A stretch of DNA of 51,407 bases from a virus. Its lineage: Duplodnaviria; Caudoviricetes. The number at the start of each line of letters is the position of its first letter. Position 1 is the first letter of the stretch. The stretch is from positions 1 to 51,407 of the IMG/VR virus record IMGVR_UViG_3300025723_000058; one strand, written 5' to 3'. The notes below the pieces were generated by a model that made no database searches, was not told the origin of the DNA, and saw nothing but the letters and a program-made list of their open reading frames with translations. Position numbers and translations under genes: made by a program. Positions 34,576 through 43,900 of the stretch are shown in pieces.

Positions 34576-35076
34576 ATGCAAGATTTCATAAAAATAAAGT
34601 TAAGGGAAGCCTTAGGTGTACCAACGGCAAATGTACCTGCTAACGTTCAAATTACCCCAGAAGAAGCATCTATGATTAAGAGTATTAATTATAAAGATAT
34701 TCTCTTAGATGAAGGTGAACAAAATGGTAACCTACTTTATATTAATGTAAGTTTTACCAATGAAGCATTAAATAAAATTTCAGCTGGAATTAAATTTCAA
34801 ATTCAGTTAATACATAATACGTATTTTCAACCGCATATGTTTTTATCCGAAAACTTACAAGGTTTAGGTTTAGGATATAAGATTTTAAAATGTTTTATTA
34901 GTGAATTTGGCCATATTTACTGCGGTAATGGTAGAACAGTTAACCCTGATGCAATAAATAAAATATTAGGTAAATTATCTAATGACCCAGAATTTATAGC
35001 GTTTAACGGTAAAAACGGTATATTAATCGCAACTAAAGATAACCCTGATATTGAAAATTTAAAAAAGATTATCTAA
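34576..35076 (+). CDS. Hypothetical protein, possible GNAT fold
   Basis: LQGLGLGYKIL acetyl-CoA-binding-like motif. Confidence 0.5.
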   Translation: MQDFIKIKLREALGVPTANVPANVQITPEEASMIKSINYKDILLDEGEQNGNLLYINVSFTNEALNKISAGIKFQIQLIHNTYFQPHMFLSENLQGLGLGYKILKCFISEFGHIYCGNGRTVNPDAINKILGKLSNDPEFIAFNGKNGILIATKDNPDIENLKKII

Positions 35077-35084
35077 TAATTGAT

Positions 35085-35867
35085 TTATGCAGCTTTCATA
35101 ATGTTGTAATAATGCATTTCGATTAACTTTTGTGCTTCTAATCTCATATACATTATTTGTATTTTTTGAAATTCCATCTTTTCTTTATCCCAATACATTA
35201 CATAAATTTGTCGACATCTTCTTTTCGGAAATTCTAATTCATACATTCTAGCATAAATTGAAAGTTGTAAAGTATAAATACTCCACTGGCAGTTCTGCAT
35301 GTAATCGAAAGGTTTTAATAAAGTCTCGTATCCGAAAGGGTTATAAAAATTAAATACCCGATTTGTTTTATAATCGCCAACATCAAAGAAAACATCATCA
35401 ATGTCAACAATTAAATCACTCATACCAGCCAGCTCATATTGTTCACTAAATAATATACGTTCTGGCCACATAGCTCTACCTTCATCAATTTTCAAGGCGT
35501 TAAATGAATCAATTACTTTTTGTTCAAATTGACCCTCTTCGTTATCTTCAGGAAAATACCATTTATTTGCCAATAAGTACTTTTCCATAATGTTATGTAC
35601 TCTAGTACCATAAACATTAGCCTCATCATTTAACATTTGCCAATAATCTAGTATTTCTTGTTGGGACATACCAATATACCTCTCTTGCTTAACTGAGTCC
35701 ATTTGTTTGGTTATAGCTAAGGAAACAGCTTGTGCATCAAAATGAGGTTCAATTGATGACAATGTAGTTGTAACTGATTTATATATTTTACCTGTCACCC
35801 TATGGTGATACTTATGCTCTATTGGCTCAAGGAAGACTGGTCCTTCCCACATTTTTGCTACACTCAT
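35085..35867 (-). CDS. PD-(D/E)XK exonuclease
   Basis: SVTT, GTRVH, E...AGMSD...DYKT, QLSIY. Confidence 0.85.
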   Translation of the reverse strand: MSVAKMWEGPVFLEPIEHKYHHRVTGKIYKSVTTTLSSIEPHFDAQAVSLAITKQMDSVKQERYIGMSQQEILDYWQMLNDEANVYGTRVHNIMEKYLLANKWYFPEDNEEGQFEQKVIDSFNALKIDEGRAMWPERILFSEQYELAGMSDLIVDIDDVFFDVGDYKTNRVFNFYNPFGYETLLKPFDYMQNCQWSIYTLQLSIYARMYELEFPKRRCRQIYVMYWDKEKMEFQKIQIMYMRLEAQKLIEMHYYNIMKAA

Positions 35868-35907
35868 TTACTTTTTTTTAAGTACAAAGATACTAAAAAA
35901 AATAATT

Positions 35908-36846
35908 TTATGCAACTAATTTATGTGCGGTGCCCAGTAATGTGATTATTCCCTGTCTACCAAACTTTTGATTTATCAATGATGGGTCGTATTCTTCTTT
36001 AAGTTCTATTATCCTAATTCTACCAAATAAATTACCAAAATTTAACTTATCATATAGTAATTTAGCATCTTCTTGTGCATCACCATCAAGTAAAACGACA
36101 ATATTTGCGCTAGATTTTTCATGTAGTTTATAAAGCAATTCATCTGAAATATATTTACCGAGAAGTGGTATTGAGTTTGGGATAACGATATGGTCAGTTG
36201 CACCTTCAACTAAATAAATTGTTGAATCCCAATTAATATGGTATTCATTAAATATTATTGACTGTTTTTCAACTTCAGGATTAAGATATTTTATCTTGTT
36301 ATATTTCTTATCAAACCATCTAGCGATAAAGTAGTTTAATACTTTATCCTCATCGTATGATGGAATTATTATCCTATTAAAATACTGACCTCTGGTTGTA
36401 TAACCAATTTCATATTTTTCAATAATATCTTTGGTGATTCCACGTTCGGCTAAATAATTCATAGCTGAAGTATATTTGAAATCACGATATGTGCAGTCTT
36501 TTAATTGTTTATATCCTTCGGGTAAGGATACGGAGATATGTATTCGGTCCTCTTTAGATAAGAACGCTTCTGGTTTTAAGAGTTTATAATCACGAAGATG
36601 TCGCTCATTACCATATTTTTTAATTAATTTAATAATTGAACCATACATGTAATGGGTATCTTTACATACCCAACACTTAAAAACATCCTTATCATAATTT
36701 ATTTCAAGATTACCTTTACCATCACCAAAGGGCATACCTTTATCACGAGAACATGCTGGGCAGTCAAAACTTATTTGTCCAGAATCTTCATTATGTTTTC
36801 TTGGCTCACCTAAGAAACTCTCTAATATACTTGAAATATAAGGCAC
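35908..36846 (-). CDS. DNA primase (zinc finger plus TOPRIM)
   Basis: CPAC...CWVC, YLAERGI, RIIIP, LVEG..D, LDGDA. Confidence 0.9.
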   Translation of the reverse strand: MPYISSILESFLGEPRKHNEDSGQISFDCPACSRDKGMPFGDGKGNLEINYDKDVFKCWVCKDTHYMYGSIIKLIKKYGNERHLRDYKLLKPEAFLSKEDRIHISVSLPEGYKQLKDCTYRDFKYTSAMNYLAERGITKDIIEKYEIGYTTRGQYFNRIIIPSYDEDKVLNYFIARWFDKKYNKIKYLNPEVEKQSIIFNEYHINWDSTIYLVEGATDHIVIPNSIPLLGKYISDELLYKLHEKSSANIVVLLDGDAQEDAKLLYDKLNFGNLFGRIRIIELKEEYDPSLINQKFGRQGIITLLGTAHKLVA

Positions 36847-36882
36847 ATGGCAAATTTACGAAAAATAAATCTATGATGCAAA

Positions 36883-37533
36883 TTATTTTTTCTTTGGTAC
36901 CCAGATATTTTCTTTATGCATAAAGCCAATAGTTGCTGTATATGCATCAGTCATATCAAAATTTTCAATCTTTAATTTATTTTTTTTATCGTAAAACCAA
37001 GGAATTTGTGGTTCTAAATCGGAGACTAATTCCCAAATAATCATTTTTTTGTCGGCATCAAAATCATACCCCCCAAAAAGTACGGGTTCACTTTTAGCTA
37101 TTTCCTTTTCAGTTCTAGCAGTTCCATCCTTTTTAGTTTTTCTTACCGCCAATAGCTCTGGAAACGCATATTTTCTAGCATCGTGAGAAGATATAAAGTC
37201 TGGTACAACACCTAATGTTTCGTAAACAGACCTAGCTATCATACCATTAAATCGTAATAATGTCGCAATTGTATAGACATTATTTGATTGTAGAAGGGGT
37301 TCTTCAATAATAACTCTATTGATACCAACATCAACGTAATTATTTAAAAACTCTTTTTCAAAAATCCTAGCTTTTTCAAAAAGTTCTTCCATTTTTGATT
37401 CAGGAGTTGGTTTAACTTTTGGTGTTACATGATGTAACAATTTCAAATCACCACTTTTACCATTATCTTCAAATAGGGCAATACCGATTGTCTTTGTTGA
37501 GACATCAAGTCCAAGTATTAAATTATTTTCCAT
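36883..37533 (-). CDS. RuvC-like Holliday junction resolvase
   Basis: ILGLDVSTKTIG, VIIEE, DMTDA. Confidence 0.8.
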   Translation of the reverse strand: MENNLILGLDVSTKTIGIALFEDNGKSGDLKLLHHVTPKVKPTPESKMEELFEKARIFEKEFLNNYVDVGINRVIIEEPLLQSNNVYTIATLLRFNGMIARSVYETLGVVPDFISSHDARKYAFPELLAVRKTKKDGTARTEKEIAKSEPVLFGGYDFDADKKMIIWELVSDLEPQIPWFYDKKNKLKIENFDMTDAYTATIGFMHKENIWVPKKK

Positions 37534-37582
37534 TTATAACAAATTTTTGGAGAATATACTTGTTTAAATAAAAAAATAAAGG

Positions 37583-38779
37583 TTATATTGTTAAATTGAT
37601 TGATAATGCAAAAAAATCATTAATTTTCTTTACTAATTGTCTATCAGTTTTAGCAACAGCTATCAAATTATTCGCCGCATCATATAAACCAACCTCAGTA
37701 ATTCTAGGTGAATCTGAAATTGTAAATGTTGGGTTTGTTGAGGTACCAAATTCACCTCTATTAGCTAAACAAGTAATATTTTGTTGTACCACGGTTGATA
37801 CACTACTGAATGATACCGTTGTTGCTGTTACAGCACTAAAACTATTTACTATTGTTGGGTTAGTGATTACTAAAATACCCTTATCAAGATAAGCAATACC
37901 AACAATTGTGTCAGCTGTTAGGTTTAAATTAGTATTTGTTTGTCTATTTAAAAGACTTTTACCATTGACTGAGAATGGTTTTACCGTATTATATCCAGTA
38001 CCCCAACTTAATGTTGGGTCACCACCATTTGGTGTCATTATGTTATCAGATACTAAAAATGCAACATTACCGAATAAAGATGCATCAGCTGACGGGTCAA
38101 CATAGTTAGCATCTTGAGTGGCCAATGAAAGATTTATATTTTCAAAAGTACTATATAATGTATATGACGTTCCAGCTGATGTTGAAAGAACAGCTTTAAT
38201 TGATTTACCGTCTAACATTTCACCATATTGTGAATTATTAATTGCAATAGCTAAAATAGTTGTTGTTGCGATACCACTTAATGCTGTATCAGAATAACCA
38301 CCATATGTTGAGGTAACGCCAGTTAAATTATTATCGCTAGTTGCGTTTAATGAAAGATTAAAACTATAAAATAAATTAACTAAAGGGTCGGTATTAACAT
38401 TATTCCTATTAATAACATTCTGAGTTAAATTGTTATTTGTAACTGTATTTAATCCTAAAGGTACATAAGTCAATGTAATACCTGATGATTGTAGTTCAAC
38501 ACGTTTTCTAATATCACCAGTTGAGTTAACTATTAAATTACTCTTAATTGTTGCGTTTGAACCAACACTATTACTAGATGAGGATGTAGCACCAATATTA
38601 CCGCTATTAGTTGGTACTTGACCAGATAACAATGGTAATGCGGCATTATAGTTGGCATCTGAATCACCAAGACTAAAATAAGTTATTAAACCATTATCGG
38701 TTATTATTATTTTTTGTCTACCTAATGGTGTTAATTTTGCCGTTAAGTTTAAATTTGCTGATGAATTATTATATCCCAT
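37583..38779 (-). CDS. Tail/baseplate-associated structural protein
   Basis: LTPLGR...FSLGDSD start, ITEVGLYD...LIAVAK end. Confidence 0.7.
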   Translation of the reverse strand: MGYNNSSANLNLTAKLTPLGRQKIIITDNGLITYFSLGDSDANYNAALPLLSGQVPTNSGNIGATSSSSNSVGSNATIKSNLIVNSTGDIRKRVELQSSGITLTYVPLGLNTVTNNNLTQNVINRNNVNTDPLVNLFYSFNLSLNATSDNNLTGVTSTYGGYSDTALSGIATTTILAIAINNSQYGEMLDGKSIKAVLSTSAGTSYTLYSTFENINLSLATQDANYVDPSADASLFGNVAFLVSDNIMTPNGGDPTLSWGTGYNTVKPFSVNGKSLLNRQTNTNLNLTADTIVGIAYLDKGILVITNPTIVNSFSAVTATTVSFSSVSTVVQQNITCLANRGEFGTSTNPTFTISDSPRITEVGLYDAANNLIAVAKTDRQLVKKINDFFALSINLTI

Positions 38780-38790
38780 GTTTTCTATTG

Positions 38791-40935
38791 TTAAAAATCT
38801 AAGCTTAACTCAAACATTATTGTATCGTTTGAGGTTAATTGTACTGGTTGACTAAGTTTACCTATTACAACCAAATTATTGTTATTATCATAAATACCAA
38901 CCTCAGTTACTTCTATTGGTGGTGGATTAGTTGATAATTGTGTGCTCCTAGTTGGATTGGTTGTAGTAGTAAATTGAGCGGAATTTACACTAATATCAAA
39001 TATAGTCTTATATATATTTGAACCAATGTATGTTTGTATATTACCATAGAAGAATCGTTCATCACCAAATTGTAAAATACTTGTATTTGTGTTTGGTGCC
39101 ATTGATAAACTCTGTGTTATATCATATATAGTTGATGCTGTACCGATTGCTGATGTTAGTATGAAATTGTTAGCAATTGGTAATTGATTTTCTAATAACT
39201 TAGGGTCTATTGTCTGACCAGAAACGCCAGTAATTAATGTTGATGTGTAATCATAGGTTTTCCAACTACCAGAATCTGGTCTAACATTTACATCGTTAAC
39301 TATTTGATAAAGTAATTTGAACTTATTAGCGTAAAATCCTAACCCATCATAAGTTGCGGATTCTAATTTTCGCATATAAGGGAATTGATTTAATGCGTTA
39401 ATTGCAAATTGTACATCCATTGACGTAGGTGTTGTATTTGTAATCTTGATATATGTTTGACAAGGTAAAGTTGGTGTAAATCCGCTCGCTGATGAATTAT
39501 CAAGAGCATAAGTTAAATACATTGTTTGGTCAACACCTAAAATACCTGTTGTACCTATAGGCTGTGTAAGCGTAGCTGATAATGCTGGTAATGTCCATGA
39601 CCTGTTTGATTTGTATGATAACGCCGCAACAATTTCATCATTATCTATAATAATCATTTTCAATTGTGGTAAAACTTTACCAATAACTAATGGTGTGGAG
39701 TTTCCTATATATGTTGGATTTTCAATTAAAGGTATGTATTGAATATTACTAGTTCCAATAGTTTGTGTTGCACCACTTGATATAAATGACATTCCCATTG
39801 TTGTTCCAGATGCAGTACTATAATTAGCCCTATGATACATTAAATCTGGTAATGTAATATTTACCATTTTATTATTTGTTGTATCAACATATAGAAAATC
39901 ACCGTAAAGGTTAGATATTGTATTATTTGTATAGTGAATAATTGAAATTGACTTGCTGACAACATCAAGATAACTATAACCAGTACCATTACAATTGACT
40001 TGTGATTCAGTGGAGTTTATTTGAGTTAAATATTCTAAATATGGGCTCTTAGTTCCAGTATAGGTATATGAACCAAATTTAGTAAAATTCTCGTATAGAT
40101 TAGTTGTTGATAATCCTGTAATACCAGCTAAATTTTCAGTGAAGACATTATTCATATTCCAAACTTTAACATCAGAACATGTTATGTTTGTTGCTGAATC
40201 AAAAGATAGTGTACCACTATCCCAATATGCTGTTGATGTTGAATTACCAAAAGTGTTTGCAATTTCACCATTTGGATAGACGAATGCGTATGAGTTACCA
40301 CTATATATTGAAAAATTTGGTAAATTTCTATCAAATGTTACAATGACTGAACCTGTTGTTGTGTATCCAGTATTTTGAATTTTATACCAAAGATTTACAT
40401 TTGGTACTGTATTATCTATAGCTGATGCATTATTACTTACATTAGTATTTAAATTAAGTCTAACAAAACTTGATATGTCTAATACATAACCATAAGGTAT
40501 AATTACTGAAGTACCGCCTGTTAATGTTGAGTTTGGAACAGCAATTACCGATAAAGTATATGGTGAACCTGTTTGTGTTGTGTAATTTGTTGTATTATTT
40601 ACAAAAAATCCTCTTTCAGTTGCCTGATTATTCACCGTAGCTTGAACAACATTAATATTGGCTGGTGTTAACGCATTTAAATTTGACCCACCAACTGGAG
40701 TGATGAATGATTTAATATTTGGTTGTAAATCAAATGTTCTAAACACTTTAGAAGTGGCCGATAATGTAGGGTCTGTTGGATTAGCGTTAACTAATAGTTC
40801 CCTATTATAATCAATTTCAGAATCACCGATAGCCCAATATGAAAAATTCAATTGCCCTTGCGCTAATTTATTTCTACCAATATCTGTCAATTTTATTGAA
40901 ACGAATGGTGATGTACTTGGAATTATATATGACAT
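38791..40935 (-). CDS. Tail/baseplate-associated structural protein, paralogous to neighbour
   Basis: LTDIGR...WAIGDSE start, VTEVGIYD...LVVIGKL end. Confidence 0.7.
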   Translation of the reverse strand: MSYIIPSTSPFVSIKLTDIGRNKLAQGQLNFSYWAIGDSEIDYNRELLVNANPTDPTLSATSKVFRTFDLQPNIKSFITPVGGSNLNALTPANINVVQATVNNQATERGFFVNNTTNYTTQTGSPYTLSVIAVPNSTLTGGTSVIIPYGYVLDISSFVRLNLNTNVSNNASAIDNTVPNVNLWYKIQNTGYTTTGSVIVTFDRNLPNFSIYSGNSYAFVYPNGEIANTFGNSTSTAYWDSGTLSFDSATNITCSDVKVWNMNNVFTENLAGITGLSTTNLYENFTKFGSYTYTGTKSPYLEYLTQINSTESQVNCNGTGYSYLDVVSKSISIIHYTNNTISNLYGDFLYVDTTNNKMVNITLPDLMYHRANYSTASGTTMGMSFISSGATQTIGTSNIQYIPLIENPTYIGNSTPLVIGKVLPQLKMIIIDNDEIVAALSYKSNRSWTLPALSATLTQPIGTTGILGVDQTMYLTYALDNSSASGFTPTLPCQTYIKITNTTPTSMDVQFAINALNQFPYMRKLESATYDGLGFYANKFKLLYQIVNDVNVRPDSGSWKTYDYTSTLITGVSGQTIDPKLLENQLPIANNFILTSAIGTASTIYDITQSLSMAPNTNTSILQFGDERFFYGNIQTYIGSNIYKTIFDISVNSAQFTTTTNPTRSTQLSTNPPPIEVTEVGIYDNNNNLVVIGKLSQPVQLTSNDTIMFELSLDF

Positions 40936-40983
40936 AGTTTGTTTTTTATAATAAATATATTTCTTTTAGGTTATTTGTAAATA

Positions 40984-43647
40984 TTAGTAAGTGTTTAATG
41001 CATTACTTAAAATTGTTATTGGTACTGTTTCACTATATGCAACTGATACAATTGGGTCACCGCATTTAGATGGATAATTCTTAGTATTTTTTACCCTATA
41101 ATAAAGATTCGTTCCAGCATCACCAGTAAGTGACAGATAACCACTATATGATACAACATTAGTACTATATGGTATTACACTACTTACAGTATATGTTGTA
41201 AATGTGTTACCAGTACTATATTGAATTTCAAAATTTCCATAATTACCCATTGGCGGATACTTAATATGCCAATTAAGTAAATTATTATTCGAATATACAC
41301 CATTAATAACGCTAGATTTAGGGTTATATATTACTAATACAATATCATCAATATATAATTTTCCATTTAAGATAATTCGATTTGGATTTGAAGATGATTG
41401 ATAGTAATCTATGTTATTGACCAATGTAACACCGTTTAACATTAGAACAATTGTTGTATTTGTAAGTGGTGTGTTTTGTAAATAAACCTCATATTTCCCA
41501 GTTGTTGTGTTATAATAGTAAGTTGAATTACCATGGTTATTTGTTGTACCGCTTGGTATAATTGAATTAACGTATATTGATTCAGATGTTAAGGCGATAG
41601 AACTTGATTGGTTATATGTAATAGTAATTACATCTTTAAGGTTTATTGGTCCTAAGAATGTTAATACTTGACCACTTAGTGTATAATCGTAACCATTCGC
41701 CAAAGTTAAACCATTTAAGGTAATAATTGGTTGACCGTTATATGTATTAACTAATGTAAATGTACTACCAGTATATGTGTATGTATTATCGGTATTACCA
41801 ACAATTATAACTTGCTGTGACAAACTTAAAGCTCCAGTAACAGCATTATTTGACAGTTGTGGTTGTGATTGTGAAAATATTGGTGAATCGGCACCATATA
41901 TTGCAACAAAGTAAAAATCAGTATCTGGATTATAAAAACTAGAAAATGAATTATTAGTATAGTTAATTGTGTTTATTTTAATACCAAGAGCATCTAAATA
42001 TTTAGTACCAGCATCACCGATAACATAACCTTTAACTAGATAATCACCATCACTAGATGCACTAAATGTTACAGCTTGAATTAATAAGTTAGTACCAGAA
42101 AAAGCTGAATAAGCTATGTTTGGACTTCCATATACTGGTGGTGCTGTAAATACATTTGACGTTGGATTAAACTGATAAATATTATAATTAAATGTTGCAT
42201 TATTAGTTATAAATGAATTTGTATTACCCGTAAAATTAAACGTAAATGGTATTGTGGTACCCGTATTTGGGTCCATAACATATACACCATTACTACCGTT
42301 AGTAATAGTTGGGAAACTAACATCAACTATATTAAAAATATCACCATTACAATTACCAGTACATGTAGTTTGAAAATTTTGTTTAACTATTTTACTACAA
42401 GTATAAGCTGTTGTACATGTATTTAATGAATAATCAGATGGACAAGAATAACCAAAATTAGGACCTAATTCCCAAGTTTTACCAACATAATTTTTAGTTG
42501 TAAAAATAGTATTAGCTTCAGTACTTGCCGTAGATGTTGCACCTGTTAATGTTGAAAAACTACTTGGATAGTAAATTTCAGCACCAAATGAACCTAAAGT
42601 ACCAACTTGATTAGACCCCAGCATTTGAATAATATTACTTCCTGATTGAAGAGTAACTGGGAAAATACTCCATCTTTTGAAATTAAACGATGAACTACCA
42701 CTAAAGTTAACTATTACTTGACCGTTTAAAGTAAATTTACAATCGTTATCTGATGCTAGACCGATATAATAAGTCCCACCAGATAAAATATTAAGACAAT
42801 GCGCAAAACCAGCATAATTTGGTTCGTCAATTGGAAGTATACCGACATTATTTAATCGTCCATCAGTTAGATTACCAGAATTAAACCAAAAACTATTACT
42901 AGAAGATACGTGTGTGACTGGATTAATAGAGTTAGAATTGGAATCTAATAATAAACCGCTTCCATTATAGGTTAATGGGAAATTACTTAAAGTATCTAAA
43001 TTAGGGTAGAAGTATGTACCATAATTACCGTAATCTGAACTTGTATTACCCAATGTTATTGTTGACCCAGTACCATTAAAAACACTTGGTATAGAACTAA
43101 CTTGTTCACAACCATCATTTGCTGGCGTTGGTACAAAACCACTAGGGCATGTGAATGGTGGGACATATTCAAAATTACCTATTACTTCAATTCCAATATC
43201 CAAAGTTTGTACACCATAAGGTTTAACAACATCAAATGTGTTACCACTAATTGTGTAATCATAGTTTAATGTTGTTAAGGCTGACCCAATTGACTCAATA
43301 AATAATGCATCCGTTGGTACCCCAGTGATTGATGATGAAGTAAAAAAATTTTGACTATAAATTAGATTACTATTCGTATATATATTTGTGTTCCAAGTAG
43401 AACCTGTGAAACATGAAGCCGCTAAAGTTGTTCCAGTACAAGATGCCGTTGCCGCTGTTAAAAACGTATTATAAGGTATATTACTAACACTAAAATAACT
43501 ATTTCCACACTGTACTTTTGTTGCCCCACTAATATCAAATTGTGGGGTGTAAAATATTGAAATATCAGAACTAGTGTTAATTAAATTAACGCTTCTATTT
43601 CTGGTAAATGTGTTTATTTGTTCATATATCCTCTCTTGGTATCTCAT
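40984..43647 (-). CDS. Large S/T/N-rich structural protein
   Basis: Beta-rich composition; two LNGxxL...DY repeats. Confidence 0.65.
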   Translation of the reverse strand: MRYQERIYEQINTFTRNRSVNLINTSSDISIFYTPQFDISGATKVQCGNSYFSVSNIPYNTFLTAATASCTGTTLAASCFTGSTWNTNIYTNSNLIYSQNFFTSSSITGVPTDALFIESIGSALTTLNYDYTISGNTFDVVKPYGVQTLDIGIEVIGNFEYVPPFTCPSGFVPTPANDGCEQVSSIPSVFNGTGSTITLGNTSSDYGNYGTYFYPNLDTLSNFPLTYNGSGLLLDSNSNSINPVTHVSSSNSFWFNSGNLTDGRLNNVGILPIDEPNYAGFAHCLNILSGGTYYIGLASDNDCKFTLNGQVIVNFSGSSSFNFKRWSIFPVTLQSGSNIIQMLGSNQVGTLGSFGAEIYYPSSFSTLTGATSTASTEANTIFTTKNYVGKTWELGPNFGYSCPSDYSLNTCTTAYTCSKIVKQNFQTTCTGNCNGDIFNIVDVSFPTITNGSNGVYVMDPNTGTTIPFTFNFTGNTNSFITNNATFNYNIYQFNPTSNVFTAPPVYGSPNIAYSAFSGTNLLIQAVTFSASSDGDYLVKGYVIGDAGTKYLDALGIKINTINYTNNSFSSFYNPDTDFYFVAIYGADSPIFSQSQPQLSNNAVTGALSLSQQVIIVGNTDNTYTYTGSTFTLVNTYNGQPIITLNGLTLANGYDYTLSGQVLTFLGPINLKDVITITYNQSSSIALTSESIYVNSIIPSGTTNNHGNSTYYYNTTTGKYEVYLQNTPLTNTTIVLMLNGVTLVNNIDYYQSSSNPNRIILNGKLYIDDIVLVIYNPKSSVINGVYSNNNLLNWHIKYPPMGNYGNFEIQYSTGNTFTTYTVSSVIPYSTNVVSYSGYLSLTGDAGTNLYYRVKNTKNYPSKCGDPIVSVAYSETVPITILSNALNTY

Positions 43648-43889
43648 TAGTATGATAATTGTATATTTGAAACTGGTAATTTATATTGATTATTAAGACC
43701 GTATGTTAGTTGTATTGAATTTGGTGTTAATGTATCTACATTAGTAAAATTCTGTAAATATCCCGTAAATCCGTTTACTTTAATAAAGTCATTTTGGTTA
43801 ATTTTAGCTTTAATTAACCCAATTATGGTTAAATCGCTTGAGTAATTACTCAAAAATGTTGCTGTTATTTGTTTTATTATTAATGGCAT
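43647..43889 (-). CDS. Hypothetical protein
   Basis: Coupled ORF. Confidence 0.55.
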   Translation of the reverse strand: MPLIIKQITATFLSNYSSDLTIIGLIKAKINQNDFIKVNGFTGYLQNFTNVDTLTPNSIQLTYGLNNQYKLPVSNIQLSY

Positions 43890-43900
43890 ATAAATAAATA

